The notes under the pieces are model-generated. The model did not search any database, had not been told where the DNA came from, and worked only from the letters and a program-made list of their open reading frames with translations. The position numbers and the translations under genes are program-made. Shown here piece after piece: positions 10,013 through 22,324 of a stretch of 38,088 nucleotides of DNA. This stretch comes from a virus: UHGV virus genome UHGV-0049967; one strand, written 5' to 3'. Every line of letters starts with the position of its first letter. Positions within the stretch are counted from its first letter, which is position 1.

Positions 10013-10962
10013 TGCTCCGCGATTATCTTGATGGTTGTGGCAGTAAACGCCGCACCATTCGACTGAATGGTTAACGTGCTGCCATTTGTGGCAAGAAAGC
10101 CGTCTTTATCCACACTGAAGAACGTAGCTAACAGGATGTTATCGGTCGTTGTCGCCGAGTTGCGACTGCTTACCAGTGTGTCAGGAACAGAGCCGGAAAA
10201 GGTTAGCTGCATTGACCTGTTTGCGGATCCGCTGGGCCACGTCCCGACAATCGACAGCTTGAAGAACAGGGTTTTGTTCTCGTTGAAAACAACCATCTTG
10301 TTGTTATCAGTATCGAAGAATGGTGCCAACGTCCCGGATGACGGCGTGAGCGTTTTCAGCAGGCTAACAAGGTTGGTCGGCGCTGTTGGAATGGTTACCG
10401 ATACTCCTGAGTAAACAACCTCTGATTTCTTGCGCGTGGTGGCATACTCAAGCGCAGATATTCTTGTTGAGTGATCACCAGCTGTGCTTTGTAGCGTCGA
10501 AATACTTCCCTCTGCCGCTGTGAGCCTGGTATCAAGTGCGTTGATATCGGTTGTATTCTGAGTTATTCGCGCATCATGGTTTGCTAACTCAGATTCATTG
10601 GCAGCAATTCGCGTCTCGTGATCAGCCAGCTCTGTTTCGGCAGCAGTAATCCTTGTTTCATGATCTGCAAGAGTGCTTTCCGCTGCTGCGATTCTATGTT
10701 CATGATTGACGAGAGTTGCTTCAGCAGCAGCAATTCTGGATTCATGGTCTGCAAGGGTGACATCCTGCTCATCATTCTTCACCTGTGCATCATAAGCCCC
10801 CTTCCCTGCTTCGTTGGCCTTGTTCGCCACGTTACCAACATCAGCACCCTGTGCGATAACGTACAACAGATACGACTGCGAGAAGATATTGCGTGGAAGG
10901 ACTGATGTGTCGAGTCGTGTAGCCTGAATGATTACCGGCTCATTGAGATTCGAATCAGCCAT
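10009..10962 (-). CDS. gp26: Tail needle (gp26-like) with trimeric coiled-coil repeats and an extended C-terminal domain
   Basis: N-terminus [39 protein letters not shown]... matches P22 gp26; repeated [11 protein letters not shown] units; 317 aa versus roughly 233 aa in P22. Confidence 0.85.
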   Translation of the reverse strand: MADSNLNEPVIIQATRLDTSVLPRNIFSQSYLLYVIAQGADVGNVANKANEAGKGAYDAQVKNDEQDVTLADHESRIAAAEATLVNHEHRIAAAESTLADHETRITAAETELADHETRIAANESELANHDARITQNTTDINALDTRLTAAEGSISTLQSTAGDHSTRISALEYATTRKKSEVVYSGVSVTIPTAPTNLVSLLKTLTPSSGTLAPFFDTDNNKMVVFNENKTLFFKLSIVGTWPSGSANRSMQLTFSGSVPDTLVSSRNSATTTDNILLATFFSVDKDGFLATNGSTLTIQSNGAAFTATTIKIIAEQ

Positions 10963-12380
10963 TACTCAATCCTTATCTGGCAGCCAGACAGAGTTACAGG
11001 TGACTTCGTAATAACGCGCAATTTGAAGCCAATGTTTTTCCTGATGCGCCCTACTCGCTTCCACAAAACGCGTTTGTCGTAAACGAACGGTTCATTCTGT
11101 TCAATCATCTGCTCACGTCCGTAATTTATGCCGTCAGTAGTTGCAGAGAGAAAAAGGCGGTCAGCATACTGCGCAACGCCAGTTGACGATTCAACCTCAA
11201 GGTCGAACACTCTGGCGTTATCCGCTTTGAACAGTGGAGTAAACAGCAGGTGTTCCTGTTGCTTGTCGTACTGGCTGCTGATATCGAATTGCAGTTTCCC
11301 GGTAACAGATTCCAGCTTATCGCCGCACGTTATCTGATTGCCTTCGTAAATGAAGTCGATAGCGCGGTACACATCGTCATACAGACCTGTTTTCAGCACA
11401 CACCATTGTGGGCCATTGGCGCTTGAAGATGCGTCGTACACGAGGACGTGACGCGGAAGGTGGATAATCAGCAACTCATGAGCATCAAATCGCAGCGATT
11501 CCATCACACCATCAGCCAGTTCATCAGCAGTGTAGGAGCGGAGGATTTTCTCAATGCTCGCGCTGGAGATTGGTGACACCTGACCGGAGCCGATGATGTA
11601 TACAGACGGCGCACCTGTTGCCGGATTGCTGATGAACGCATAGGAATCAGCAAACGGCGTTTTGCAGTAAGTCCCGGCGATGCCTTTCTGCACCATCAGC
11701 GATGGTTGTGCAACATACAAAGCGGCACCAACGGTGGTTGCACCTGTCAGGGAAAAATATTCAATCGTCGATGAACCAAAGCAGACGATGAAGTCTCGCC
11801 ATGTACCTATGCCGATGATGCCGTCAGGCTGCGATTCTGCACGATATTGTGCGCTGTAGCGGTCAGGATGCGATTCGTCTTCAAGGTCAGTGATGAACCA
11901 TGAATCAGTTCCGTCTTTTGACCACGCATAACGCCCACGTAAGCGCGTAATGTCGCGGACTGAGCCTAACTCATACTGCGTGAATCCGCTGTCTGTAGGC
12001 CAGTTTGAGACGGTTTTAACCGTGCCATCATAGCGATACTCGACCAGTTGACCATTAACGCCTACTGCCTGTGATGTCCTACCGTGTGCCATTGATACGC
12101 GACCACTTCCGGCAACATCACCGACCTCGCTTTCGCCCTTATACAGTTTGCCACCACACACGCGATAAACAGCACTCTGCGCCATGTTGTACTCGACGCC
12201 GCGCGATATACCGTTCATATCAGAACGTTTGGCAATGCCCGGGAATGAGCGAAGATATCCGCTGCTGTTCAGGATTTCTTTGGGTGTAGCCAGCATATTC
12301 ACTGGCAGATAGTCGATGTAGTCGGCGTTTCGGAAATCTTTGCCGACACCTTTCATAAGCGGAAGTTGCTGAATCGGCAT
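10962..12380 (-). CDS. gp10: Tail accessory factor, P22 gp10-like
   Basis: 472 aa, same length as P22 gp10; synteny gp4-gp10-gp26. Confidence 0.85.
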   Translation of the reverse strand: MPIQQLPLMKGVGKDFRNADYIDYLPVNMLATPKEILNSSGYLRSFPGIAKRSDMNGISRGVEYNMAQSAVYRVCGGKLYKGESEVGDVAGSGRVSMAHGRTSQAVGVNGQLVEYRYDGTVKTVSNWPTDSGFTQYELGSVRDITRLRGRYAWSKDGTDSWFITDLEDESHPDRYSAQYRAESQPDGIIGIGTWRDFIVCFGSSTIEYFSLTGATTVGAALYVAQPSLMVQKGIAGTYCKTPFADSYAFISNPATGAPSVYIIGSGQVSPISSASIEKILRSYTADELADGVMESLRFDAHELLIIHLPRHVLVYDASSSANGPQWCVLKTGLYDDVYRAIDFIYEGNQITCGDKLESVTGKLQFDISSQYDKQQEHLLFTPLFKADNARVFDLEVESSTGVAQYADRLFLSATTDGINYGREQMIEQNEPFVYDKRVLWKRVGRIRKNIGFKLRVITKSPVTLSGCQIRIE

Positions 12381-12881
12381 TTATTCGCCCCCGTTATCGC
12401 AAGGTTCCTTCCGGTGGAAGTAATTCCAACCATTCCACTTCGCCAACTGGTTACCGCTACCAACAGGCATACGGTTTGGATAACCGGACTTACATTTAGC
12501 AGCTTTTGCTCTGTCCATTGCAGACAGTTTGACGAGTCGCTCTTTCCCGTATCTGGCAGTGGTTATAAGTTTTGCTGACGCTTCCAGCGCATAATCTGGA
12601 GCAATGCGGCAGGCAAGGTTGAAAATGACGGCATTTATAGCGTTATTTGATAAGCCGTGCTCATCGCCCGGATCTGGAGCGACATCTGCATCAGCAAAAA
12701 TGTAGCCAACGTTGATACCAGGTGACGCATCACCGCCAAGCCATTCAGCCATCATCATTTCAAGGTCGTTGACGCCGTCTTCCATAGACTGCGGTTCGAC
12801 ATCGGTTAACGTGGCATTTGATGCCACACCGAGCTTACGTAATGCCGCAAGGACTAAATCACCCTTCGTTGTCAGGTTCAT
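12381..12881 (-). CDS. gp4: Tail accessory factor, P22 gp4-like
   Basis: From the internal Met, [33 protein letters not shown]... aligns with the P22 gp4 N-terminus; 166 aa. Confidence 0.85.
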   Translation of the reverse strand: MNLTTKGDLVLAALRKLGVASNATLTDVEPQSMEDGVNDLEMMMAEWLGGDASPGINVGYIFADADVAPDPGDEHGLSNNAINAVIFNLACRIAPDYALEASAKLITTARYGKERLVKLSAMDRAKAAKCKSGYPNRMPVGSGNQLAKWNGWNYFHRKEPCDNGGE

Positions 12882-13101
12882 CTGCTGCCTCCTTAGGTTT
12901 TCGACCAGGCTTTTTACGCTGTTTTTCTTCTTGCTCTGGCTCTGGTTCTGGCTCTGCAACATCCTTCAGAAGATCATCAGGATGTGCAAACCAGCCAGCA
13001 TCCAGATATTCCTGAAGCTCTTCGGCTTTCACGATTTCAAAGTCGTATCCAACGTCTTTCCATTTCTTCATGTCGCCATGACGAAAGATCATGTGTGTCA
13101 T
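12859..13101 (-). CDS. Small protein (80 aa) with acidic Pro/Glu-rich tail, between coat and gp4
   Basis: GGAGA SD before ATG, immediately downstream of the coat-gene terminator; C-terminal [32 protein letters not shown]. Confidence 0.5.
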   Translation of the reverse strand: MTHMIFRHGDMKKWKDVGYDFEIVKAEELQEYLDAGWFAHPDDLLKDVAEPEPEPEQEEKQRKKPGRKPKEAADEPDNEG

Positions 13102-13111
13102 GCTTGTCTCC

Positions 13112-13138
13112 AGATAAAAAAGGGAGCCGAAGCTCCCT
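13112..13138 (-). terminator. Rho-independent terminator after the coat gene
   Basis: GGGAGC-CGAA-GCTCCC hairpin followed by a T7 run on the minus strand. Confidence 0.7.
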
Positions 13139-13145
13139 CTGGTTA

Positions 13146-14441
13146 TCACGCGGTCTGGTTAGGAAGACCAACACCAATTGCCTCTGGTCGTACAGCACAT
13201 GCTGAATACCACACAGCAATACGGCACTTACCAGACAGAGTGTTGATATCACCCTGCGTTGCGAAGATGCCGTTAACACCAATGCCAGGAATGCTGAAGG
13301 AAGACGTTTTCATGCCAGCAAACAGTTCATGGGTTACCGGGATCGGCTGAGACAGCAGTCGGATTGAGTCATCAGCCCAGAACACGTTAGCTGTGGTTGT
13401 TGCCACGTTCAGAACGTTTACCGGAGTGGTATCAGCAAGAGAGGTGTTTACGTTAGCGTAAGCCTTCTCTTCTTTTGTCAGTGACGCGTCATCCAGTGCA
13501 ATCGGCTTCGGCGTGATTTCGATGTGAGTACCATCGATCACACGGGTGATTGAGAAAGTCGCATCATCAGTCAGCACGTTCTTCGCCATCTGAGACAGGA
13601 ATTTCACACCAGTGAAGCTGATTTTGTCGCCGCGCTTAAACCCGGTGGTGGAGGATACGGTCACCGTTGCAACACGGTTGTCGACGTTCTCTTTGTTACC
13701 ATCGGTATCAAGGGTGTATGCCTGAGGCTTAAACTTCTGCGCACCAGAAACAGTTACACCAGTAGCGGTTGACTTGGTAACTGCCGGAAGTTTCGGTGAG
13801 CGAAGAATTTCATCAAAGCCAGCAATCTGACGCTGAATAGTACCGTTGCGATATGCTTCTTCAGGAACGCGCCCGAAGATGTCACCATCTACCAGGTTGC
13901 GGCCTGCTTTGCGGTAATCGTCAGGGTTCAGGAAGTAACTGATGCCCATATCGCGGTTTAGCTCACGGGAGAACATCAGGCGCTCTGCATCAGACACAAA
14001 ATCCCAGCCAGACAGGCCAGTAGATGGACCAATTGCTCGGGTATCGTGAACAACAAGTGAGCCCATTTCAGTTGCCTGTTTGGCAATCGCTGACTCAATG
14101 TTATTCGCCAGTTTTTTGGCGGATGCCTGGATGCGGCGACGGTAAGAACGCTCATCACGCAGGTCATCTGCACGAAGCTCGAAGAAATCGTTATCCGGAT
14201 CGCCCATGTTGCATTTCACGGAGAGTTCCAGAATCCCAGTTGCGTTGCCAGTTAAATCCCAGCCAGTCTGGGTTGGCGCTTCCTGCTCAACAGGCATCCA
14301 CACGGTGTTGCTTGAACGCTGCATGGATTCTGCCGGGGGGGTGTATTTTGTCACTTTGGACGCCATTGGCGTCAGGTTCTGGACGGTTTCGATGATTTCA
14401 TCCAGAGCATACGTGACCAGTTGACCTTCATTTAATGCCAT
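13146..14441 (-). CDS. gp5: Major capsid (coat) protein, P22 gp5-like (HK97 fold)
   Basis: 431 aa; N-terminus [22 protein letters not shown]... and synteny scaffold-coat. Confidence 0.9.
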   Translation of the reverse strand: MALNEGQLVTYALDEIIETVQNLTPMASKVTKYTPPAESMQRSSNTVWMPVEQEAPTQTGWDLTGNATGILELSVKCNMGDPDNDFFELRADDLRDERSYRRRIQASAKKLANNIESAIAKQATEMGSLVVHDTRAIGPSTGLSGWDFVSDAERLMFSRELNRDMGISYFLNPDDYRKAGRNLVDGDIFGRVPEEAYRNGTIQRQIAGFDEILRSPKLPAVTKSTATGVTVSGAQKFKPQAYTLDTDGNKENVDNRVATVTVSSTTGFKRGDKISFTGVKFLSQMAKNVLTDDATFSITRVIDGTHIEITPKPIALDDASLTKEEKAYANVNTSLADTTPVNVLNVATTTANVFWADDSIRLLSQPIPVTHELFAGMKTSSFSIPGIGVNGIFATQGDINTLSGKCRIAVWYSACAVRPEAIGVGLPNQTA

Positions 14442-15352
14442 TATCGAATTCCTTTATTCAGTTGCGCCTTGAGCTTGCGGTATGTCTCTACATCCCCTTT
14501 GTTTGCTGCCGCTTCCATCTGCTTTTCAATCGCAGAGATATTTGCAGCAACAGCGTGTCCATGAATGGGTTCATCAGGTAACGGGGCTTCTGAAACAGGC
14601 TTGGCTCGAGGCTTGAGAGTTAAACGCTCTGACAGTCGAGTGAGTTCAATCAGCGCGGATTGCCCGTCCATCGCCAGCAACTGGCGTGTTTTCTCAGGAT
14701 TAGCACCAAGGTGATACATGAGAGCAGCGGATTTCTCCGGGAAGAGGCGCATGATGTCGGCACCGACTGCTGGCGGCACCAGTTGCATGAATGCATCCTC
14801 TTTCTCCTGATAGTCAGGGATATTGAGCTTTTCCGCTGCGTCGTAGTGCTTACGGGCTGCCTCGACGTATTGCGCTGATTGCTGGGTGAACTCCTGAGTT
14901 TTGCGACCCTGCTCGGCGACAGCCTGGCTTCGTGCGTCCATAGCCTTGATCTGCCATTCACTGTTTGCCTGCTGGAAGGCAGCCAGTGCGCGGCTCTGGT
15001 CATAGTCGTACTTAGCCAGTGCATCTTCGGAAAGATAATCGTTAGGGTCTGGTTGTTTTGGTAACTCAGGGTTCACCCGCAGGTGCTCCGGCAACTCTCC
15101 ACGCTTAACTGCTTCCATCTGCTGCTCAAGCTCACGCTGGCGTTTGCGTTCGATGCGGCGACGGGCAAATTCAGCATTAGTTGCCGGGTCTTGTTTTGGT
15201 TTCTCATCGTCTTTCAGGACAATCTCGAAGCCTTCTTCCTGACCTGCGTTGTCGTTGGCATTATCGACAACTAAGCCATCAGCAGATGCCGCTGCATGAT
15301 TGCCGGGCAGGGTTAATTCTTCAGAAGCCTGAATGTCGGTGGTTTGGTCCAT
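14441..15352 (-). CDS. gp8: Scaffolding protein, P22 gp8-like
   Basis: 303 aa (same as P22 gp8); ...[27 protein letters not shown]... and the C-terminal helix-turn-helix coat-binding region. Confidence 0.9.
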   Translation of the reverse strand: MDQTTDIQASEELTLPGNHAAASADGLVVDNANDNAGQEEGFEIVLKDDEKPKQDPATNAEFARRRIERKRQRELEQQMEAVKRGELPEHLRVNPELPKQPDPNDYLSEDALAKYDYDQSRALAAFQQANSEWQIKAMDARSQAVAEQGRKTQEFTQQSAQYVEAARKHYDAAEKLNIPDYQEKEDAFMQLVPPAVGADIMRLFPEKSAALMYHLGANPEKTRQLLAMDGQSALIELTRLSERLTLKPRAKPVSEAPLPDEPIHGHAVAANISAIEKQMEAAANKGDVETYRKLKAQLNKGIR

Positions 15353-15365
15353 GATTAACTCTCTC

Positions 15366-17531
15366 TTATTGAGGTGTCTCGGCTACTCCGCCGGAGGGGA
15401 TTTGAACTTGACGCATAAGATTCGCGAAATCCATGCGTTGTGAATGAGTCTGGTCTGCATCTTTAAGAAGCAGCTCAGCGTTAGCACGAGCATCTTTGCT
15501 GCGCTGTTGCTGGAATTGACCTACGAGCTTGAGGTACTCACGCAGTTCTGCCTGCTTGTCGAGGTCCATATTGTTGAAGATTTCCGCAATCTTCGCCGCG
15601 TTGAGTTGGTTTTGTGCTTCAACCTTGGCAGCTTCAACCTGAATCTGCGCCTGTTGGTTCTCTGCCTTGAGCAATTCAGCCTGACCTTGCAGAAGGATAC
15701 CCTGCGCCTGAATTTGCTCTGCTGATGGCTGCTGCGGCTGCTGTTGCGCCTGTTGTACCATCTCCATCTCTTCAGGTGTTTCTGGTTTCTTCAGCCCCAT
15801 CATCACCAGTTGCTTGTTCGCGTACTCTCGCATCATCTCGACGCCTTTACCGTCAAGCAGCGTGAAGTATTGCAGCATCAGCATCTGGAACTCTGGAGTA
15901 CCTTGCGGAACCTTGGTGAGCAACTCCTGAATCTCTGCGCGGTTCTGTTCCTTCATGCTCTGGAAGGATGGTCCGACGTCTGTATAGCACTCATAGCGAC
16001 CGCGAATGTCGTTGAGTGTGACCACATTGCCGGACTGGTAATCGACAACTTGCGCATAGAGTTGAACGTCTTTCTCGCTTCCATCTTCAAGTGTCAGCGT
16101 TACATGACGAGGAACGTCATAAATATCATTGACCATTGAGGCATAAATCTCGCCATCACGTCGCATTGCGGTAGCCAGGTTATCCTGAAACACGTATGTC
16201 TCAAGGTCTGCCCGCATGTTCAGTTGATTGACGGTATCGAAAGCGACCTGAGAGTTTGCTGCCTGCGCATCCACACCAAGACTAGCCACCTCTTTCACTG
16301 CGTTGGTGGCAGCCTCAAGCATGTAAGCGTTGGCTTGCGGCACTTCAGGGTTTTCCATGTAGGAGATTGGACCAATCGGCAGGTCGTTACCGTTTTCATC
16401 GGTCTTGTTCTGCAGATAGTACGGATAGTCATCATTTCCACCGTACATGTATTCGTAGCCTTCGATTTGCTCAGGGAAGAAGGTCGGTTTCTTCTTCGGT
16501 GAACGAGCAACAATATCGGCGTTGAACGACATGATCATGTTACGAAGGCGTTGACCGTCTTTCGTCAGCCTTACCACTCCTTCGTAGCACTCCTTGTCAC
16601 CAGCGAATGACCATTCGCCATACACTGGAACGATTGGAATATGCTCTCCGGCTATCTTCTCGCGGTCTTTCAGTATCTGCGTGCAGGTGATAATCGACTT
16701 ATACACACGCCGACGCTTCACCTTACGCTCTGCTACCTTAATGAATCCACGATTAGCCAGGTCGTCGATGACGTCTTTGATATCCTGCTGGTAATAGCTG
16801 ACTGGCTCACCTGTCAGTGGGTCGCGGTAGATGAAGACCTTCTCTTTCTTCTCTTCGACCTCGTAATACTCAGCGACGTAGACGACATCATTCGATACCC
16901 ACGGAAACAGCCATGTATCGTTCGGATTCTGGAAAGATGGCAAGGTGTCCGGATCAATACCGTAATCCTCTGCGAACTCTTTCCAGCCATTGCGCGACAA
17001 GGCGTTAATCACCGTGCAGTGCTTAGCGTCGCTCTTATCCATCTGCTTGCTGTTGGCGTCCCATATGACGTGTGAGCAGGCTTCATGAATTGGCAGGCGT
17101 CGAATTACCTGATTGTTGCTTGTTGGATCGTTGTCTTCGTACTGCGTGACCAGACGCCATGCACCAACGCCGGACTCTATCTGCTCACGAACGCCAACGT
17201 TAACGGCAATCTTTGCCGTGTTATGGCGCATATCAGTACGATACATTCCCATCAACACATCGGCAGCATCAGGATTAGCGCCGTCTTTTGGTCGGAAGAG
17301 AACGTCGATAGGGTTCCGGCGCATCTCTGCGACCAGTTTCCTGACCACCGGGCGAACAACATCGAATTGTCCGCGATATTGCAGGGTCGTGTAGTTTGAT
17401 AGCCAGTCATCCCATTGCGACACTCGGCTAAAATACAGGTCATTTGTCGCCTCGGTTCTGGCTTCATCGCTCGCCATCCAGTCCGCGTCAAACTTACACA
17501 GAATGGAATTGAGTCTGTTTTCGTCGGCCAT
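15366..17531 (-). CDS. gp1: Portal protein, P22 gp1-like
   Basis: 721 aa; colinear with the P22 portal including the long C-terminal coiled-coil barrel region. Confidence 0.9.
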   Translation of the reverse strand: MADENRLNSILCKFDADWMASDEARTEATNDLYFSRVSQWDDWLSNYTTLQYRGQFDVVRPVVRKLVAEMRRNPIDVLFRPKDGANPDAADVLMGMYRTDMRHNTAKIAVNVGVREQIESGVGAWRLVTQYEDNDPTSNNQVIRRLPIHEACSHVIWDANSKQMDKSDAKHCTVINALSRNGWKEFAEDYGIDPDTLPSFQNPNDTWLFPWVSNDVVYVAEYYEVEEKKEKVFIYRDPLTGEPVSYYQQDIKDVIDDLANRGFIKVAERKVKRRRVYKSIITCTQILKDREKIAGEHIPIVPVYGEWSFAGDKECYEGVVRLTKDGQRLRNMIMSFNADIVARSPKKKPTFFPEQIEGYEYMYGGNDDYPYYLQNKTDENGNDLPIGPISYMENPEVPQANAYMLEAATNAVKEVASLGVDAQAANSQVAFDTVNQLNMRADLETYVFQDNLATAMRRDGEIYASMVNDIYDVPRHVTLTLEDGSEKDVQLYAQVVDYQSGNVVTLNDIRGRYECYTDVGPSFQSMKEQNRAEIQELLTKVPQGTPEFQMLMLQYFTLLDGKGVEMMREYANKQLVMMGLKKPETPEEMEMVQQAQQQPQQPSAEQIQAQGILLQGQAELLKAENQQAQIQVEAAKVEAQNQLNAAKIAEIFNNMDLDKQAELREYLKLVGQFQQQRSKDARANAELLLKDADQTHSQRMDFANLMRQVQIPSGGVAETPQ

Positions 17532-19031
17532 TTAAGTTCTCCGTGCGATGGGCCTGATTGGGGCTGGTATCTTTTTCTCTTTTGGTTTTTTGATGTCGCG
17601 CATCATTTTGGCGAAGCGGCGCATCATGTATGCATAGCGAACGGCTGAGAGAACGTCGTCGTTAAGCTTGACGATCTTCCCGTTTTCATCACGGTGATAG
17701 AGGCGGAACTCCTCAAAGAATGGCTCACAGGTGTTGAATACTTTGAAGCGACCATCAAGCATCATGTCGCGCAATTCAGTGATGCCAGGCTCAACAGCAT
17801 TACCGCCATCAGGCCATGTCGCATGCTCCTGTAACATCATAAATCCAGCGTCTGCATACTGCCCTTTGAGCTGCTCACCGCCGCCCTTCTCATGCTGGTT
17901 TCCGTCATGAGGCCATGCAGTTGGCACTTTATGCGCCCATGATTTAACGGCTCCCCACGCCTGAACGGCTGTTTTTTCTTTCGCCTTCCACACGCGTGAA
18001 ACGTAGATTGTGTCTGCGTCCTTATCCCACCAAAGCTGAACCTGCGCCTGAGGGTGATCCCATCCGAAATCCATCCCGCCAATTACGTAGAAGTGATCAG
18101 GACACTCGAACGGCTGACACTTAATCGTCTCTTCCGGTATCTGGAAGATTCGACCACTACCCATCGTAGGAATACCGCGAGCACGCGCCTCTCTCTCATG
18201 CTCGGGATAGGATGCGATGATTTGCTCTTTCTGCTCGTCGGTGTAGTGCTCAGCGTCGTAGATGGTCATGTTGACAACTTTCTGCGACTTGCTGGGATTC
18301 TTCAGGAACTTGGTAACAACGTCAGACATCCCCATCAGCGGGGTAAACGTCAGAATTGAGAATTGCCCGTATTTGTTGGTACGGGTAAGGCCTTCACCAT
18401 AAATGCTGTATGGTGGCTCTTCGTCAAACCACACGCCGTGGATTGTGTCACCCTGCCAGCGAGCACGGCCTTGCGAGTATGGTTTGAAGTAGCAGATTGA
18501 AATGCCATCTTCAACGCCATCAGCCGTGTGATGCTTAACCAGAAGGTGATCAACAAGGTTCGGAAAGAAAGGTGACTTCTTCCAGCTAATGATGTCTTCT
18601 TTCGGTATGGAACCGTAGCCAGGCTCATCATTCTCTTCGATACGACCGCACAGGATACGTTGAGTCGTTTTGGTTACAGTCTCGTTTGTCTCGCCGCCAA
18701 TCCAGAAGACAACAGGCTCATAGAAACGCTTACCTTTCCACTCTCCGCCATATTTACCATCAGCAGGATAGCCTTTTGTTCCCGGATAACGCCCGGTAAG
18801 GTGAAACGCGACTTCAGCAGCGCCAGTAAATGACTTACCAAGCTGGTTACCAGCCATAAAACAGCGCTCTGGATAGTCATGCCCGGCGTCGATGAACTCA
18901 CGCTGTTTGCTGTATGGCGTAAATTCATATAGCAGGTGTGTGTTCCGGTAGTTCTCTTCTTCTTCGAGTAGCTCGAGCAATTCTATTTGCTCTTCGTCGC
19001 TCAGGTTATCAAGAATCGCGTCCAGTTCCAC
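17532..19031 (-). CDS. gp2: Terminase large subunit, P22 gp2-like
   Basis: 499 aa; [37 protein letters not shown]... as in P22 gp2. Confidence 0.9.
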   Translation of the reverse strand: MELDAILDNLSDEEQIELLELLEEEENYRNTHLLYEFTPYSKQREFIDAGHDYPERCFMAGNQLGKSFTGAAEVAFHLTGRYPGTKGYPADGKYGGEWKGKRFYEPVVFWIGGETNETVTKTTQRILCGRIEENDEPGYGSIPKEDIISWKKSPFFPNLVDHLLVKHHTADGVEDGISICYFKPYSQGRARWQGDTIHGVWFDEEPPYSIYGEGLTRTNKYGQFSILTFTPLMGMSDVVTKFLKNPSKSQKVVNMTIYDAEHYTDEQKEQIIASYPEHEREARARGIPTMGSGRIFQIPEETIKCQPFECPDHFYVIGGMDFGWDHPQAQVQLWWDKDADTIYVSRVWKAKEKTAVQAWGAVKSWAHKVPTAWPHDGNQHEKGGGEQLKGQYADAGFMMLQEHATWPDGGNAVEPGITELRDMMLDGRFKVFNTCEPFFEEFRLYHRDENGKIVKLNDDVLSAVRYAYMMRRFAKMMRDIKKPKEKKIPAPIRPIARRT

Positions 19032-19497
19032 GGTTGAATAGCTCCTTGATACGAGAGCGCCGCTTATCGCGATCTCCCTTATCAGGTGTCACGTCTTCAA
19101 CTTGCGACTGCTCTTTGAGGCCCAAATCACGGGCGATGATGTTAGCGTTGAGAAGGTCAGCGGCTGCGCCAGAGAATTTCTGGTCGTAGATGACCTGTTC
19201 TGCTCGCGTAACGACTTCAGATAAATCTTCTCGCAGGCGATATGTGCGCCATGTTTCAAGCGTCACATCAATGAACAGAGTGAGGCCGGTAATGGTCATC
19301 GCTCGCATCTTGGCGATAGGCTCTTGTATCACTTCACCCTGATACGAGAACGCCTTCATCTCCCATAGCGGGTTAGCTTCCACCCACTCGAAGTATTCAC
19401 AACAAGCAGCCCACAGCGCCTCAGGCGATTCGAATTTAGGGTTTCGCCCATGACTACTGCGGGCCTCCCAAAATCGGTTGCCCTTTGGTGCTGCCAT
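19009..19497 (-). CDS. gp3: Terminase small subunit, P22 gp3-like
   Basis: [44 protein letters not shown]... as in P22 gp3; overlaps the start of TerL. Confidence 0.9.
   Translation of the reverse strand: MAAPKGNRFWEARSSHGRNPKFESPEALWAACCEYFEWVEANPLWEMKAFSYQGEVIQEPIAKMRAMTITGLTLFIDVTLETWRTYRLREDLSEVVTRAEQVIYDQKFSGAAADLLNANIIARDLGLKEQSQVEDVTPDKGDRDKRRSRIKELFNRGTGRDS
19203..19230 (-). promoter_or_regulatory. P22-type pac site inside the small terminase gene
   Basis: Minus-strand sequence GAAGATTTATCTGAAGTCGTTACGCGAG matches the P22 pac sequence as I remember it. Confidence 0.65.
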
Positions 19498-19520
19498 ATT
19501 CATCTCACTTAGTTGTTATT

Positions 19521-19700
19521 TCAGGCTGAGGACTCTTTCGCGCCTTCAATCAGTGACTGCTTCAGCAATTCGAGTGTGCCAATCGCCTCGCATAAACTGA
19601 TTTCACCATCGTAATCATGGATGACGCTTTCCAGTCGCTCGTATAGCTCTTGAGTAATTGGGAATTTCTTCTCCTTACCCAAATTGATTACGCGGCTCAC
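19521..19700 (-). CDS. Small hypothetical protein (59 aa, GTG start) upstream of terminase
   Basis: GGAG SD 6 nt before GTG; open frame MSRVINLGKEKKFPITQELYERLESVIHDYDGEISLCEAIGTLELLKQSLIEGAKESSA; below the ORF-track length cutoff. Confidence 0.4.
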   Translation of the reverse strand: MSRVINLGKEKKFPITQELYERLESVIHDYDGEISLCEAIGTLELLKQSLIEGAKESSA

Positions 19701-19701
19701 A

Positions 19702-19944
19702 TCATGCTCCGGTAGTGAACAGGTCTAACGCTTCCTTCGATTTACGCACCGCTTCGATAGTGCGGGTCGTGATATCTGAATTAGCGCCGCCTGACTGGAA
19801 GTGAATTTTGAATAGCTCAAGCTTCAGTTCGTCAGTGCCAATGAATTGAAATGCTTCTTCTGCGGCTGCGTTCTGGTTCATGACCAGTTTGTAAATCTCT
19901 AACTGGAATTTCTGTTCTTCAGTCATGGGAATAATCTCTGCCAT
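19702..19944 (-). CDS. Hypothetical late-region protein (80 aa), P22 orf80-position
   Basis: Compact ORF between the KilA-N gene and terminase. Confidence 0.6.
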   Translation of the reverse strand: MAEIIPMTEEQKFQLEIYKLVMNQNAAAEEAFQFIGTDELKLELFKIHFQSGGANSDITTRTIEAVRKSKEALDLFTTGA

Positions 19945-20200
19945 TGTTGGCTCCGTTTATCCGTTAAAAGGGATATCAGTTAAGTTATCCCGTGTAGGGT
20001 ATAAGCCATTGTCGAGACCACTCATTGAATGGTCTCTGCAATAACCGATGTCTTTCCATCAGTCCGCCACCACAAAGAATCTTTTTTGCCATAAGGCTGG
20101 AGGTTCATCTTTCAGTGGCTGCCAGTGTTATTTCCCCACTTACTGGCTTGGGTTGTTTCGCGGTACTGCCGTAATGCAAAAACTGGATTAACCTGCGAAA

Positions 20201-20731
20201 TCACACCATTCCGGGCAAATACATTTGCACTTCATTTGCCGCTCTCTCACGTGCAACATGAAGCAATCTTTTTCGCCCACCAACGCCCCACTTAGCCATT
20301 TGGCTTGCGCACTGGCTTATCGCTTTGGTTTCAGTATTGATGATGTGATCGATTCTATTCAGACGGGACATTGCGCCAACGCCGAGACGGACAACCGTTT
20401 TGAAAACTTCATAAACTTCGATTTCAAATTCCGGCTTAATCCATGCTGCATATCTGATTGCCAGAAGTTCAACACCCCACACACCTGGTTCTGCACCACC
20501 TTTGATTATTTTAAGTGGTTGAATTTGTTCCAAAGTGCTTTTTTGCACTTTGGCCTCCAGTGCTTTTATGAAGCGTTTTATCTGCGCGCTACGCAAAAAC
20601 TGGCTTGGGCGCTGTTGCTCTGTAGCCTCTCCATTTGCAACTGCTGCTGCATGGAGATCGTTTAAGTTGTAGCGTCCATCCTCATCAACACGAACGGACA
20701 CACCATTGACAATAACTGTTGGGTACTTCAT
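20201..20731 (-). CDS. KilA-N domain protein
   Basis: N-terminal VNGVSVRVDEDGRYNLNDLH... is characteristic of the KilA-N DNA-binding domain; late-region location typical. Confidence 0.7.
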   Translation of the reverse strand: MKYPTVIVNGVSVRVDEDGRYNLNDLHAAAVANGEATEQQRPSQFLRSAQIKRFIKALEAKVQKSTLEQIQPLKIIKGGAEPGVWGVELLAIRYAAWIKPEFEIEVYEVFKTVVRLGVGAMSRLNRIDHIINTETKAISQCASQMAKWGVGGRKRLLHVARERAANEVQMYLPGMV

Positions 20732-21076
20732 CAGTGATTACCTTTTAGTGATGAACCTTGTCACACAGGATTCCGGCCCACAGAAAGGCACCGATCACCA
20801 AACCGGCATCCTCAAGGGTCATCCTGAAAGGTTCTGTGTTCAGAAGTCGCGCGTGTGAAGCGCGTTTGTTGCAGATATAAAAAAGCCCCGCGAATGCGAG
20901 GCTAAATCCTGGTATTTGTAATGACTGGCTCTTATCTCAACGCAGCCCCTTACCGCGCGCCAGATGCTCAATATCAAGCATCAGCAATGAGATGTTTAAT
21001 CTGGATTCACTCCAGAAGTGATCACCATCCTGTCTACAGAGCCAGATGTGAAGGATGATGAGTAAAATTATCGCTA

Positions 21077-21544
21077 TCATCGAAGGCATTGCGTCCTGAT
21101 GTATTCCTGAAGCGTTCTCAGTGCTGTCTGGTCTCTGATGATTCCGTCCCGGATACCGAGAACGTTTCGTCCAGCAACTGGAGAGAGTTCGACGGTGGCA
21201 TCATTGCCCATGCCGGAGGCGCTGGAGGTTTCGGCTGAGGATGGCACAGGGCATTTTCCTTTGACGAGCACCCTGCCACCATTATCAAGCTTGCGCCGAA
21301 GAGCATCATTTTCAGCTTTCGCATCAGCTAACTCCTTCGTGTATTTAGCATCGAGTGCATCAGCATCACGCTGGCGCTGTTGCATGTCAGTAATGGTGGC
21401 GTTCGCCAGCTTCAGCTCACTGACTTTTTTATCGCGCTGCTCTTTGTAGGTAATGGCGTTATCACGGTAATGATTAACAGCCCATGACAGGCAGACGATG
21501 ATGCAAATAACCAGAGCGGAGATAATCGCGGTTACTCTGCTCAT
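21077..21544 (-). CDS. Rz: Rz i-spanin
   Basis: N-terminal TM segment plus coiled-coil periplasmic domain; lambda Rz-like; follows the endolysin gene. Confidence 0.9.
   Translation of the reverse strand: MSRVTAIISALVICIIVCLSWAVNHYRDNAITYKEQRDKKVSELKLANATITDMQQRQRDADALDAKYTKELADAKAENDALRRKLDNGGRVLVKGKCPVPSSAETSSASGMGNDATVELSPVAGRNVLGIRDGIIRDQTALRTLQEYIRTQCLR
21118..21324 (-). CDS. Rz1: Rz1 o-spanin lipoprotein, embedded in the +1 frame of Rz
   Basis: [22 protein letters not shown] lipobox followed by a proline-rich segment ([16 protein letters not shown]), as in lambda Rz1. Confidence 0.85.
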   Translation of the reverse strand: MRKLKMMLFGASLIMVAGCSSKENALCHPQPKPPAPPAWAMMPPSNSLQLLDETFSVSGTESSETRQH

Positions 21545-22017
21545 ACCTCAATCTCTCTGACCGTTCCGCCTGCTTCTTTGAATTTTGCAATCAGGCTGTC
21601 AGCCTTATGCTCGAACTGACCATAACCAGCACCCGGCAGTGAAGCCCAGATATTGCTGCAACGGTCGATTGCCTGACGGATATCACCGCGATCAATCATC
21701 GGCAAAGCGCCACGTTCCTTAATCTGCTGCAGCGCAACAGCGTCCTGGCTTTTGGGAGAGAAGTCTTTCAGGCCAAGTTGCTTACGGTAGGCATCCCACC
21801 AACGGGAAAGAAGCTGATAGCGCCCGGCTGCTGTTGATTTGAGTTTTGGGTTTAGCGTGACAAGTTTGCGAGGGTGATCGGAGTAATCAGTAAATAGCTC
21901 TCCGCCTACAATGACGTCATAACCATGATTTCTGGTTTTCTGTCGTCCGTTATCTGTTCCCTCTGACCACGCCAGCATATCGAGGAACGCCTTACGTTGA
22001 TTATTGATTTCCACCAT
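21541..22017 (-). CDS. R: Endolysin, lambda R-type lytic transglycosylase
   Basis: [49 protein letters not shown]... essentially lambda R. Confidence 0.95.
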   Translation of the reverse strand: MVEINNQRKAFLDMLAWSEGTDNGRQKTRNHGYDVIVGGELFTDYSDHPRKLVTLNPKLKSTAAGRYQLLSRWWDAYRKQLGLKDFSPKSQDAVALQQIKERGALPMIDRGDIRQAIDRCSNIWASLPGAGYGQFEHKADSLIAKFKEAGGTVREIEV

Positions 22018-22324
22018 CTTCTACTCCGGCTTTTTTAGCAGCGAAGCGTTTGATAAGCGAACCAATCGAGTCAGTACCGATGTAGCCGATAAACACGCTC
22101 GTTATATAAGCGAGATTGCTACTTAGTCCGGCGAAGTCGAGAAGGTCACGAATGAACCAGGCGATAATGGCGCACATCGTTGCGTCGATTACTGTTTTTG
22201 TAAACGCACCGCCATTATATCTGCCGCGAAGGTACGCCATTGCAAACGCAAGGATTGCCCCGATGCCTTGTTCCTTTGCCGCGAGAATGGCGGCTAACAG
22301 GTCATGTTTTTCTGGCATCTTCAT
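22001..22324 (-). CDS. S: Holin/antiholin, lambda S-type with dual start
   Basis: [39 protein letters not shown]... essentially lambda S107/S105. Confidence 0.95.
   Translation of the reverse strand: MKMPEKHDLLAAILAAKEQGIGAILAFAMAYLRGRYNGGAFTKTVIDATMCAIIAWFIRDLLDFAGLSSNLAYITSVFIGYIGTDSIGSLIKRFAAKKAGVEDGGNQ

Noticed and set aside
12712-13350. 212-aa plus-strand ORF across the gp4/coat junction
   Set aside because: Antisense to well-supported structural genes and spans a terminator; typical spurious ORF in a GC-rich coding region.
20225-20665. 146-aa plus-strand ORF antisense to the KilA-N gene
   Set aside because: Cys-rich, low-complexity translation; the opposite strand encodes a recognisable KilA-N domain.
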